This document shows, piece by piece, positions 50,775 through 60,038 of a stretch of 64,000 nt of DNA. Below the pieces are notes generated by a model, which saw nothing but the letters and a program-made list of their open reading frames with translations, did not search any database and was not told where the DNA came from. The position numbers and the translations under genes were made by a program. This stretch comes from Escherichia coli. GTDB taxonomy: Bacteria > Pseudomonadota > Gammaproteobacteria > Enterobacterales > Enterobacteriaceae. Each line of letters begins with the position of its first letter. Position 1 is the first letter of the stretch. The stretch lies in NCBI RefSeq assembly GCF_022846255.1, contig NZ_AP025682.1; one strand, 5' to 3'.

Positions 50775-51833
50775 ATGTTTTCAATGATATTAAGCGGGCT
50801 AATTTGTGGTGCTCTGCTGGGATTTGTCATGCAGCGTGGGCGTTTTTGCCTGACAGGTGGTTTTCGCGATATGTATGTCGCGAAAAATAATCGCATGTTT
50901 TACGCCTTGCTGATTGCAATTTCGGTACAAAGCGTGGGGGTTTTTGCGTTAATTCAGGCGGGCCTACTGACTTACGAAGCCGGGGCGTTCCCGTGGCTTG
51001 GTACTGTTATAGGTGGGTATCTTTTCGGGCTGGGAATTGTTCTGGCGGGTGGATGTGCCACCGGGACCTGGTATCGCGCGGGTGAGGGATTGATCGGCAG
51101 TTGGATCGCGCTTTTCACTTATATGGTGATGAGTGCGGTGATGCGTTCTCCACACGCCAGTGGTTTAAATCAAACCTTGCAGCACTACACTACTGAACAT
51201 AACTCTATTGCTGATACTTTTAATTTGTCTGTGTGGCCGTTGGTTGCCGTTTTGCTGGTGATAACGCTCTGGGTGGTGATGAAAGAGTTGAAGAAGCCAA
51301 AACTCAAAGTCGCGACCTTACCGCCGCGCCGAACCGGGATCGCTCATATTCTGTTTGAAAAACGCTGGCATCCCTTTGTCACAGCTGTACTCATCGGTTT
51401 GATTGCGCTTTTAGCCTGGCCCCTGAGTGAAGCAACCGGACGTATGTTTGGGTTAGGCATCACTTCCCCAACGGCCAATATTCTGCAATTTCTGGTCGCG
51501 GGTGACGTGAAATACATTAACTGGGGCGTTTTCCTGGTGTTAGGGAGCTTCGTGGGGTCATTTATTGCCGCCAAAGCGAGCCGTGAGTTCCGCGTTCGCG
51601 CTGCTGATGCACAAACAACATTACGTAGCGGGTTAGGTGGTGTACTGATGGGCTTCGGTGCCAGCATTGCAGGTGGTTGCTCTATCGGTAATGGACTGGT
51701 CATGACTGCAATGATGACCTGGCAGGGCTGGATTGGCCTTGTATTTATGATTCTCGGAGTCTGGACTGCGTCCTGGCTTGTGTATGTTCGACCGCAGCGT
51801 AAGGCGCGACTGGCAACTGCTGCGGCAAATTAA
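50775..51833 (+). CDS. yeeE: YeeE/YedE-family inner membrane transporter (thiosulfate uptake)
   Basis: 352 aa; internally duplicated membrane protein with conserved Cys motifs (GRFCLTGG, GGCSIGNG). Confidence 0.85.
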   Translation: MFSMILSGLICGALLGFVMQRGRFCLTGGFRDMYVAKNNRMFYALLIAISVQSVGVFALIQAGLLTYEAGAFPWLGTVIGGYLFGLGIVLAGGCATGTWYRAGEGLIGSWIALFTYMVMSAVMRSPHASGLNQTLQHYTTEHNSIADTFNLSVWPLVAVLLVITLWVVMKELKKPKLKVATLPPRRTGIAHILFEKRWHPFVTAVLIGLIALLAWPLSEATGRMFGLGITSPTANILQFLVAGDVKYINWGVFLVLGSFVGSFIAAKASREFRVRAADAQTTLRSGLGGVLMGFGASIAGGCSIGNGLVMTAMMTWQGWIGLVFMILGVWTASWLVYVRPQRKARLATAAAN

Positions 51834-51846
51834 GTAAGGTGTAAAG

Positions 51847-52074
51847 ATGGCGATTAAAAAGCTGGATGTGGTGACGCAGGTCTGTCCGTTTCCACTCATA
51901 GAAGCAAAAGCAGCACTGGCAGAAATGGCCAGCGGCGATGAGTTGGTAATTGAGTTTGATTGCACCCAGGCAACTGAAGCAATCCCACAGTGGGCGGCAG
52001 AAGAAGGACATGCCATCACCGATTATCAGCAGATTGGCGATGCAGCGTGGAGCATCACCGTTCAAAAAGCCTGA
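51847..52074 (+). CDS. yeeD: TusA-like sulfurtransferase
   Basis: 75 aa; CPFPLIEAK (CPxP) motif; adjacent to yeeE. Confidence 0.88.
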   Translation: MAIKKLDVVTQVCPFPLIEAKAALAEMASGDELVIEFDCTQATEAIPQWAAEEGHAITDYQQIGDAAWSITVQKA

Positions 52075-52083
52075 CTCAAAATT

Positions 52084-52112
52084 GTCCTCCGCCGTACCAG
52101 CGGCGGAGGCTT
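52084..52112. terminator. Bidirectional terminator between convergent yeeD and sbcB
   Basis: cctccgccgtaccagcggcggagg perfect hairpin. Confidence 0.7.
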
Positions 52113-52116
52113 CACA

Positions 52117-53544
52117 TTAGACAATCTCTTCCGCGTACTGCCAAAGCGCTTTTAACAGCGCCACTTTTTCTTTATCGTCGGCATACAGCTGCGCCAGCAT
52201 CTGAATCTCTTCTGCATAGCCTTGTAAAAACTCGGGTGTGAAGACCTGGCGGCGGTGCTCAAGCCAGCGTTGCTGCTCGTTGTCATCTAACGTGCCGGGG
52301 AAGTTGCGGGCGCGGTAGTTGAACAGGAGTTTCTCGATACGCTTATCAACAAAGGTGATATCCAGAGCCGGTAAATTACGCGGTTCAGTCTCCAGCACGA
52401 TTTTCATTGCTGCACGATCGGCGTCGCTAAAAAAGCCATTATAAAGCTGTGCATCTACATTATCTGATGGTGTAAACGGTTCAGCTTCTGCAAAAATTGC
52501 CACAACTTTGTCGCGTACTTGCGGGTTTTCGCGCAACACTTTCAGGTTATCCAGGCAGTGTTGACGAGCAATCCCTAAACGCTCAGCGTCTTCCGGGCGT
52601 AGCGTATTCGCCTGGGCCAGTACCGGACATTTATTGATATGCACCAGCTTAACCGGAACGGCGGCGTTATCGCCAAGATCGGCTTTTGCGGTATATAAAC
52701 GCTCGCGCAATGTGTCGCTATCCAGCTCCAGTAATGGTGAAATGTCTCCTGCCAAATCCACCATAATTACGGCATTGCGATTTTCAGGATGCCACGCCAG
52801 CGGTGCCACCCAGCTGGTATTGCCACGCCATGCCCCAAACATTCCGGAAACGTGAACCAGGGGTTTCATCTGCGGAACATCAATCAACGCCATCAGTTTG
52901 TGTTTATTACGATGGGTAAAGAGATAATCAAACAGGCGTGGCTGACGCGTTTTTACCAGTTTCGCCATCGCAATAGTGGCGTACACATCAGCCATCGCAT
53001 CGTGGGCGTTGCTATGTTCAATACCATTCGCTTTGGTTAAATGCTCAAGGCGAAAGCTCGGTAGACCGTCATCATTTTCAGGCCAGTTTATTCCTTCCGG
53101 GCGCAGGGCATAACAGGCACGCATAACATCCAGTAAATCCCAGCGCGAGTTATCATGCTGCCAGCTCCAGGCGTAAGGATCGTAGAAATTACGATAAAAA
53201 ACGTTGCGTGTGACTTCATCGTCGAAACGCACATTGTTGTAGCCCAGAATACAGGTCTTCGGTACGGTAAAAAGCGAGTGAATACGGGCGGCAAACGCGG
53301 CTTCGTTTTCTCCTTTCGCCCGTGCTTCCTGCGGGGTAATACCGGTAATTAATACTGCTCCAGGCTGGGGTAAATAGTCATCCGCGGGCTTGCAGTAAAA
53401 GACTTCGGGTTCGCCGATGACATTGAATTCGTTATCAGTGCGAATGGCTGCGAACTGTGCAGGGCGATCTAACGCGGGGTGCGTTCCAAAGGTTTCGTAA
53501 TCGTGAAACAAAAAGGTAGATTGTTGCTTACCGTCATTCATCAT
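52117..53544 (-). CDS. sbcB: Exodeoxyribonuclease I
   Basis: 475 aa from MMNDGKQQSTFLFHDYETFGTHPALDRPAQFAAIRTD... (DnaQ-like exonuclease motif). Confidence 0.95.
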   Translation of the reverse strand: MMNDGKQQSTFLFHDYETFGTHPALDRPAQFAAIRTDNEFNVIGEPEVFYCKPADDYLPQPGAVLITGITPQEARAKGENEAAFAARIHSLFTVPKTCILGYNNVRFDDEVTRNVFYRNFYDPYAWSWQHDNSRWDLLDVMRACYALRPEGINWPENDDGLPSFRLEHLTKANGIEHSNAHDAMADVYATIAMAKLVKTRQPRLFDYLFTHRNKHKLMALIDVPQMKPLVHVSGMFGAWRGNTSWVAPLAWHPENRNAVIMVDLAGDISPLLELDSDTLRERLYTAKADLGDNAAVPVKLVHINKCPVLAQANTLRPEDAERLGIARQHCLDNLKVLRENPQVRDKVVAIFAEAEPFTPSDNVDAQLYNGFFSDADRAAMKIVLETEPRNLPALDITFVDKRIEKLLFNYRARNFPGTLDDNEQQRWLEHRRQVFTPEFLQGYAEEIQMLAQLYADDKEKVALLKALWQYAEEIV

Positions 53545-53752
53545 TAGGTTAAATCCGTTATTTCTGCTGTCTGCCAGAGTATCAAATATCACCGTGCTAA
53601 TCAGCTTTAGCGCGACAATTTGGCAGCGAGTGGCAACAGATCATGTCAGATAAAAATGAGATAGTAGTCACATTTTCTTGCACTTTATTCCAGCCAGTTC
53701 ATAAGTATTTCCGTAAAAAGAACAGCTATTTGAAACACCTGAGGGTTTGCTG

Positions 53753-54919
53753 TTGAAACGCCGTCTTATTATTGCTGCTTCTTTGTTCGTTTTTAATTTA
53801 TCGTCTGGTTTTGCGGCGGAAAACATTCCTTTTTCACCTCAGCCTCCAGAGATTCATGCCGGGTCCTGGGTATTGATGGATTACACCACCGGTCAGATTC
53901 TCACCGCGGGTAATGAGCATCAACAGCGCAATCCCGCCAGCCTGACAAAGCTGATGACGGGCTATGTCGTGGATCGTGCTATCGATAGTCATCGCATTAC
54001 GCCAGACGATATTGTCACCGTGGGGCGTGATGCGTGGGCGAAAGATAATCCGGTGTTTGTCGGTTCTTCACTGATGTTTTTGAAAGAGGGCGATCGCGTA
54101 TCGGTACGTGATTTAAGCCGTGGTTTAATTGTGGATTCCGGAAATGACGCTTGTGTTGCACTGGCTGACTATATTGCCGGTGGGCAACGGCAGTTTGTTG
54201 AAATGATGAACAACTATGCCGAGAAGCTGCATCTCAAGGATACGCATTTTGAAACAGTGCATGGTCTGGATGCACCTGGCCAGCATAGCTCGGCTTATGA
54301 TTTAGCTGTGCTTTCTCGCGCTATCATCCACGGCGAGCCCGAGTTTTATCATATGTACAGTGAGAAAAGCCTCACCTGGAACGGTATCACCCAGCAAAAC
54401 CGTAACGGGTTATTGTGGGATAAAACCATGAATGTTGACGGCCTGAAAACGGGTCATACTTCTGGTGCCGGGTTTAATCTCATTGCTTCGGCTGTAGATG
54501 GGCAGCGTCGTCTCATTGCAGTGGTAATGGGGGCTGACAGCGCAAAAGGTCGTGAGGAAGAGGCAAGAAAATTACTGCGTTGGGGTCAACAAAACTTTAC
54601 TACGGTGCAAATTTTGCACCGTGGGAAAAAGGTTGGTACGGAACGCATCTGGTATGGCGATAAAGAAAATATCGCCCTGGGAACGGAACAAGAGTTCTGG
54701 ATGGTGCTACCGAAAGCCGAAATTCCACATATCAAAGCCAAATATACCCTTGATGGTAAAGAACTCACCGCGCCAATTAGCGCCCATCAGCGGGTAGGGG
54801 AAATTGAACTTTACGACCGTGATAAACAGGTGGCGCACTGGCCGCTGGTTACCCTGGAATCTGTCGGGGAAGGCAGCATGTTTTCCCGGCTGAGTGATTA
54901 TTTCCACCATAAGGCCTGA
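53753..54919 (+). CDS. dacD: D-alanyl-D-alanine carboxypeptidase (PBP6b)
   Basis: 388 aa with a TTG start; SxxK (ASLTK), SGN and KTG motifs; signal peptide. Confidence 0.9.
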   Translation: MKRRLIIAASLFVFNLSSGFAAENIPFSPQPPEIHAGSWVLMDYTTGQILTAGNEHQQRNPASLTKLMTGYVVDRAIDSHRITPDDIVTVGRDAWAKDNPVFVGSSLMFLKEGDRVSVRDLSRGLIVDSGNDACVALADYIAGGQRQFVEMMNNYAEKLHLKDTHFETVHGLDAPGQHSSAYDLAVLSRAIIHGEPEFYHMYSEKSLTWNGITQQNRNGLLWDKTMNVDGLKTGHTSGAGFNLIASAVDGQRRLIAVVMGADSAKGREEEARKLLRWGQQNFTTVQILHRGKKVGTERIWYGDKENIALGTEQEFWMVLPKAEIPHIKAKYTLDGKELTAPISAHQRVGEIELYDRDKQVAHWPLVTLESVGEGSMFSRLSDYFHHKA

Positions 54920-55003
54920 CCTTTCTTTTGCAGCAGACTGGCAGGAGTGCGAGTCTGCTCGCATAATCAACACTCATTCCTTGTGGTTTTAATATTGCAA
55001 CTA

Positions 55004-55023
55004 TACTGTATATAAAAACAGTA
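55004..55023 (+). promoter_or_regulatory. LexA (SOS) box upstream of sbmC
   Basis: tactgtatataaaaacagta matches the CTGT-N8-ACAG SOS-box consensus, 15 bp upstream of the sbmC ATG. Confidence 0.85.
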
Positions 55024-55037
55024 TTAATGGGGGCGTC

Positions 55038-55511
55038 ATGAACTACGAGATTAAGCAGGAAGATAAACGTACCGTTGCAGGTTTCCATCTCGTTGGCCCG
55101 TGGGAACAGACGGTAAAGAAAGGCTTTGAGCAGTTGATGATGTGGATAGATAGCAAAAATATTGTGCCGAAGGAGTGGGTTGCTGTCTATTACGACAATC
55201 CAGATGAAACACCCGCCGAAAAATTACGCTGCGACACCGTCGTGACGGTGCCGAATAACTTTACGCTCCCCGAAAACAGTGAGGGCGTCATTCTGACAGA
55301 AATTTCAGGTGGTCAGTATGCGGTGGCGGTGGCTCGTGTAGTCGGTGATGATTTTGCTAAACCCTGGTATCAGTTCTTTAATAGCCTCTTGCAGGACAGT
55401 GCCTATGAAATGTTACCAAAGCCCTGCTTCGAGGTTTACTTGAACAATGGCGCGGAAGATGGGTACTGGGATATCGAAATGTATGTTGCGGTGCAGCCAA
55501 AACATCACTAA
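55038..55511 (+). CDS. sbmC: DNA gyrase inhibitor (GyrI-like)
   Basis: 157 aa; [24 protein letters not shown]... Confidence 0.93.
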   Translation: MNYEIKQEDKRTVAGFHLVGPWEQTVKKGFEQLMMWIDSKNIVPKEWVAVYYDNPDETPAEKLRCDTVVTVPNNFTLPENSEGVILTEISGGQYAVAVARVVGDDFAKPWYQFFNSLLQDSAYEMLPKPCFEVYLNNGAEDGYWDIEMYVAVQPKHH

Positions 55512-55708
55512 TTCATCTCAGGGCGGTGTGTTGACGCGAAGACCACTCTTTTTTTGAAAGCGAAAAGAGTAAGATGCGCCTTTCAAATTTTTCGCTCCTG
55601 CCGGGAAATTACACTGTTCCCGGTATGTCCGTCGGATAACTCAGAGGCGCGCCTTCTGGCCGACAGATGTGTTATGAGCGCTTTTAATCTTCATTACGGA
55701 GTTTCTGC

Positions 55709-56767
55709 GTGCGTGCCGATAAGTCATTAAGCCCGTTTGAAATCCGGGTATACCGCCATTACCGCATTGTGCATGGTACTCGGGTCGCGCTGGCATTCCT
55801 GCTCACTTTTCTCATTATCCGCCTGTTTACTATCCCGGAAAGCACCTGGCCGCTGGTCACCATGGTGGTGATTATGGGGCCAATCTCGTTCTGGGGGAAC
55901 GTTGTCCCTCGTGCCTTCGAACGTATTGGCGGTACGGTGTTGGGTTCGATTTTAGGTCTTATCGCTCTGCAACTGGAGTTAATTTCGTTACCGCTGATGT
56001 TAGTCTGGTGCGCGGCGGCGATGTTTCTTTGCGGTTGGCTGGCGCTGGGCAAGAAACCGTATCAAGGATTATTGATTGGGGTGACGCTGGCAATTGTTGT
56101 GGGTTCCCCGACAGGTGAAATTGATACGGCGTTATGGCGAAGCGGCGATGTGATCCTCGGCTCTTTACTGGCAATGTTGTTTACCGGTATCTGGCCACAA
56201 CGGGCGTTCATCCACTGGCGCATTCAACTGGCGAAAAGTCTGACCGAGTATAATCGGGTCTATCAATCTGCATTCTCACCGAACTTACTCGAACGCCCAC
56301 GTCTGGAAAGCCATCTACAAAAACTGCTGACCGATGCCGTGAAAATGCGTGGGCTGATTGCGCCCGCCAGCAAAGAAACCCGTATTCCAAAATCGATATA
56401 TGAAGGTATCCAGACCATTAACCGCAATCTGGTTTGTATGCTGGAGTTGCAAATCAATGCATACTGGGCCACGCGCCCCAGCCATTTCGTGTTATTGAAC
56501 GCGCAAAAACTTCGTGATACCCAGCACATGATGCAGCAAATACTGCTGAGCCTTGTTCATGCGCTGTACGAAGGTAATCCGCAGCCGGTTTTTGCCAATA
56601 CGGAAAAATTGAACGATGCTGTGGAAGAGCTGCGTCTGTTGCTTAATAACCACCATGACCTGAAGGTTGTGGAAACACCAATCTATGGTTATGTGTGGCT
56701 GAACATGGAAACGGCGCATCAGCTTGAGTTGCTATCGAATCTGATTTGCCGGGCCTTGCGCAAATAA
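55709..56767 (+). CDS. yeeA: FUSC-like inner membrane protein
   Basis: 352 aa with a GTG start; several transmembrane segments. Confidence 0.85.
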   Translation: MRADKSLSPFEIRVYRHYRIVHGTRVALAFLLTFLIIRLFTIPESTWPLVTMVVIMGPISFWGNVVPRAFERIGGTVLGSILGLIALQLELISLPLMLVWCAAAMFLCGWLALGKKPYQGLLIGVTLAIVVGSPTGEIDTALWRSGDVILGSLLAMLFTGIWPQRAFIHWRIQLAKSLTEYNRVYQSAFSPNLLERPRLESHLQKLLTDAVKMRGLIAPASKETRIPKSIYEGIQTINRNLVCMLELQINAYWATRPSHFVLLNAQKLRDTQHMMQQILLSLVHALYEGNPQPVFANTEKLNDAVEELRLLLNNHHDLKVVETPIYGYVWLNMETAHQLELLSNLICRALRK

Positions 56768-56938
56768 TTCCTGAACTTCAGAATCATCTTGCTGCTGCTT
56801 CGATTCAGCAAGGATAAAGGGTATGATAGTGAAAAGGGATAAAAGCATTGTCATCTGCGGCAGCTATGAGTAATGTTGGCCCTATCGAATAGCGGTTGCT
56901 TAAACGAATCCGACTCTCACATTATCAGGGGTATAAAA

Positions 56939-57268
56939 ATGGAAACTACCAAGCCTTCATTCCAGGACGTACTGGAATTTGTTCGTCTGTTCCGTCGTAA
57001 GAACAAACTGCAACGTGAAATTCAGGACGTTGAGAAAAAGATCCGTGACAACCAGAAGCGCGTCCTGTTGCTGGACAACCTGAGCGATTACATCAAGCCA
57101 GGGATGAGCGTTGAAGCAATCCAGGGCATCATCGCCAGCATGAAAGGTGACTATGAAGATCGCGTTGACGATTACATCATCAAAAATGCCGAGCTCTCCA
57201 AAGAACGCCGCGATATCTCCAAAAAGCTGAAAGCTATGGGCGAAATGAAAAACGGCGAAGCGAAGTAA
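56939..57268 (+). CDS. yeeX: DUF496-family protein
   Basis: 109 aa from [18 protein letters not shown]...; the track ORF carries an N-terminal extension. Confidence 0.85.
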   Translation: METTKPSFQDVLEFVRLFRRKNKLQREIQDVEKKIRDNQKRVLLLDNLSDYIKPGMSVEAIQGIIASMKGDYEDRVDDYIIKNAELSKERRDISKKLKAMGEMKNGEAK

Positions 57269-57282
57269 TTCCTGTTTTATTC

Positions 57283-57310
57283 AATGAGGGTTGCCCGGCA
57301 ACCCTCATTG
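57283..57310 (+). terminator. Hairpin terminator after yeeX
   Basis: caatgagggttgcccggcaaccctcattg perfect inverted repeat. Confidence 0.7.
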
Positions 57311-57368
57311 CTCATTGATTCTTATCTGTGTATCACCGTCATCATTCTCATCTGAGAACCTATCGAAA

Positions 57369-57590
57369 TTAGCGGCAGCCTTCTTCTGTATGCAGCAAGG
57401 CAAAAAGTTCTGTAACTCCATTGTTATTAACCGCACTGGTTACTAACACGTTGTGCGCTCCAGCTTCCCGTAACCAACATTTCACCAAAGATATTTGTTC
57501 CATGCTGGCTAAATCTGCTTTGGTTACTACTCCAATGACCGGGTGATTCATGGCCCGGTAGGGCGTTTTTACCTCTAATTCCTGCTTCAG
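57369..57590 (-). pseudogene. yoeF: C-terminal fragment of a PduV/EutP-family GTPase gene (yoeF-like remnant)
   Basis: Minus-strand translation ...PVIGVVTKADLASMEQISLVKCWLREAGAHNVLVTSAVNNNGVTELFALL carries the G4 motif TKAD but the N-terminal P-loop half is missing; the 5' side is replaced by IS66-type sequence. Confidence 0.6.
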
Positions 57591-57599
57591 CGCTGAGAT

Positions 57600-57781
57600 T
57601 CCTGCTTGTTGCCGGAAAAGCAGGCACCTGCCGTCTGAACGGTATCGATCCGGAAGCGTATCTGCGCCATATTCTGAGCATACTGCCGGAATGGCCCTCC
57701 AACCGTGTTGACGAACTCCTGCCATGGAACGTAGTTCTCACCAATAAATAAGCGTCAATATGGTGCTCCGTTGACGCTTAC
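57600..57781 (+). mobile_element. 3' remnant of an IS66-family insertion sequence (transposase C-terminus plus terminal inverted repeat)
   Basis: Plus-strand frame encodes ...AGKAGTCRLNGIDPEAYLRHILSILPEWPSNRVDELLPWNVVLTNK* (stop at 57749..57751), followed by an element end ...gttgacgcttac (reverse complement GTAAGCG..., IS66-type terminus) at 57770..57781. Confidence 0.7.
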
Positions 57782-57982
57782 TTTAATCCGTTTTCTGAGC
57801 TTAGATTTTTCTGTTCCTACCCAGACCGTGGATTTGGAATTCATTTTTTGTCAGGTCAATGCTAATCGTTAAAACGGCCATAACGCACCTCCACTGGAAG
57901 GTTTATCAGTAATATCCTACCGTTGCTTCATGGTCGGGGCGTCCATTCCATTATTATCGGTTTTCCTTTCTGTTTATAAATG

Positions 57983-58010
57983 AAAACGCCAGCTGTATTC
58001 AGGCTGGCGT
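57983..58010 (-). terminator. Rho-independent terminator downstream of yeeW
   Basis: Minus strand gacgccagcctgaatacagctggcg hairpin followed by TTTTC. Confidence 0.65.
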
Positions 58011-58165
58011 CAGGGGAAATGAAGCCTGTTGAGTGAGATTCACCGGTTCTGGTGCAGAAGCTGCAGATGGCGCAGGGTAAGGACATCTTCTCTTGCCTGC
58101 TTAATACAGGACAACAGTGCTGTTTCTGTGGTTAATGGCACTATACCCTGCATCACTGCATTGTC

Positions 58166-58360
58166 TTACAGCAACTGGTGAGGGCTGGCATAAGTTGCCG
58201 GTGTTTCGGTAGAGTCACGGTCATCCACCACGCGGAGTGAATAACCGTTTTCAGCGGCCTTATTAATCAGTTCAGTGATATTAACACCATCAATGTCAAC
58301 GACAATGTGCCCCATATCCAGCGCCTGTACGTTAACGCTGTCGGCTTCCAGTGTCATCAT
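58166..58360 (-). CDS. yeeW: CP4-44-type small protein YeeW
   Basis: 64 aa (MMTLEADSVNVQALDMGH...); its ATG overlaps the stop of the cbtA reading frame. Confidence 0.75.
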   Translation of the reverse strand: MMTLEADSVNVQALDMGHIVVDIDGVNITELINKAAENGYSLRVVDDRDSTETPATYASPHQLL

Positions 58361-58730
58361 TTCGCCTCCGGATACTTACCCAGGGTAATGTTATTTACCG
58401 TTCTGTAATTGTCGCGGGTCATCAGGCCGGTCGCCCTGCGAGCCCGGAGGATATCGATGCTGTTTATTAACTGAGAGCGGGTACAGGCGCTGAATCCCGG
58501 CTGGTCGGTAGCACCAGCGCGTATTTTTCCACGAGAAAGTTCACCGCATCACACAGTGAAATGCCTGCCTCAATATGCTGCTCAATCACACGTTCATCGG
58601 CAAAAGGTGTGTCATTCTGTGTGAGGCCATAGTGCTGGTCCAGCAGTCGGGACAGCAGTATCTGCCAGATTTCAACAGGAGACGGGCGAGAACTGGCCGC
58701 CTGCCCGGGTAATACAGGTAATGTTTTCAT
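58357..58730 (-). pseudogene. cbtA: CbtA (YeeV) toxin gene, frameshifted
   Basis: The first 71 codons ([35 protein letters not shown]...LVEKYALV) are followed by a frame change near 58510..58512; the -1 frame continues [51 protein letters not shown] and ends on the TGA overlapping the yeeW ATG, while the current frame stops at 58467. Confidence 0.75.
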
Positions 58731-58818
58731 ACTGAAGATTTTCCTGATATGCAGATATAAAAATGGAAAAGTGGCGTGGTGAAAACACCAGGCCGTAGCA
58801 GAAGGCTATTCTGGAGAG

Positions 58819-59187
58819 TTAATTTTTCATTTCGGGCGTCGGATAAACAGCCAGATAAACGTAACCACAACTGCTGAGGGTATCGGCTTTGCAGGTCAGC
58901 CCTTTTGCATACAGCGTGACGGTATGCTGATGGCGGGGATTCAGTTCACCGCTGGTGAGCATGAGCTCCAGTTGTTTCATCAGCAGCGGAAAGGCCTGGT
59001 CCAGGTGGTACGCATCTGCATCGCTGAACAGGCCTCTGATACCGGCGCGGTCGGCAAGGTAATGCAACCGGTTACCCTCCTGCACCAGACGTGCCCCGAA
59101 ACAGGGCGTCACGGTGCAGGGCAGCCCCCACCAGGGGCGGTCGTGATTGTCGTCGGGAAGTGTTGTCCCGGGGAGTGTGTCTGACAC
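58819..59187 (-). CDS. cbeA: CbeA (YeeU) antitoxin
   Basis: 122 aa (MSDTLPGTTLPDDNHDRPWWGLPCTVTPCFGARLVQEG...). Confidence 0.85.
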   Translation of the reverse strand: MSDTLPGTTLPDDNHDRPWWGLPCTVTPCFGARLVQEGNRLHYLADRAGIRGLFSDADAYHLDQAFPLLMKQLELMLTSGELNPRHQHTVTLYAKGLTCKADTLSSCGYVYLAVYPTPEMKN

Positions 59188-59262
59188 GATAAAATCCTCA
59201 CAGAAAATCGGTTAAGAATGGTCCGGTAGTGGCGATAATTCTGCTCATCAGAATGCCCTGAC

Positions 59263-59484
59263 TCAGTTCAGGGTGACACTCATCAGGCGGACATACGGGC
59301 CAAAACTGTCCTTACGGCGTTCAGCAAACACGGCAAGAACGCCGGGAATATCCTGCACTTCACGACCGGTATACGCTTCAGCGCTGCCGTGCCAGCGGTA
59401 CTTACCGGTACAGAACGGAAAAAGACGGGATGCAGGATGCTGTTGGTGAATACGCATGGCTTCACCACGGGTGATAATTTTCAT
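59263..59484 (-). CDS. yeeT: DUF987-family protein YeeT
   Basis: 73 aa (MKIITRGEAMRIHQQHP...). Confidence 0.8.
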   Translation of the reverse strand: MKIITRGEAMRIHQQHPASRLFPFCTGKYRWHGSAEAYTGREVQDIPGVLAVFAERRKDSFGPYVRLMSVTLN

Positions 59485-59546
59485 GATGGGATACCTCTGA
59501 AGACAGAAGATAAAAGTGAAAACAAGTGTGATGTAGTTGTGACGGG

Positions 59547-60038
59547 TTAAAGCAGACCGTGTTCCGCAAAGGAGAAAACCTGGTTGCCACCGACTATCAG
59601 ATGGTCCGGCACCCGGATATCCACCAGGGCCAGTGCCTGTACCAGACGTTCGGTGATAAGCCGGTCTGCCTTACTGGGTGTGACTTCACCGGACGGGTGA
59701 TTGTGTGCCAGCACCACGGCAGCGGCATTGTGATACAGGGCGCGTTTAATCACTTCCCGGGGATGGACTTCCGTGCGGTTGATGGTGCCGGTGAAGAGGG
59801 TTTCACCGGCAATCAGCTGATTCTGGTTGTTCAGATACAGCACCCGGAATTCTTCACGCTCCAGTCCCGCCATGTTCAGAATCAGCCATTCCCGTGCCGC
59901 ACGGGTGGAGGTGAAGGGCACGCCGGGTTCATGAAGATGGCGGTCCAGGGTTTTCAGGGCCCGCAGAATGAGGCTGCGCTCGCCGGGCGTCATCTCTCCT
60001 GGCAGAAAGGAAAGTTGTTGCATTGTGCTTCTCTCCAT
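59547..60038 (-). CDS. yeeS: RadC-like JAB-domain protein (UPF0758)
   Basis: JAMM motif HNHPSGEVTPSKAD; the start may be the internal ATG (MQQLSFL...). Confidence 0.85.
   Translation of the reverse strand: MERSTMQQLSFLPGEMTPGERSLILRALKTLDRHLHEPGVPFTSTRAAREWLILNMAGLEREEFRVLYLNNQNQLIAGETLFTGTINRTEVHPREVIKRALYHNAAAVVLAHNHPSGEVTPSKADRLITERLVQALALVDIRVPDHLIVGGNQVFSFAEHGLL

Noticed and set aside
57427-57744. 105-aa minus-strand ORF
   Set aside because: Antisense to the IS66 transposase remnant; the plus-strand frame carries the recognisable transposase C-terminus.
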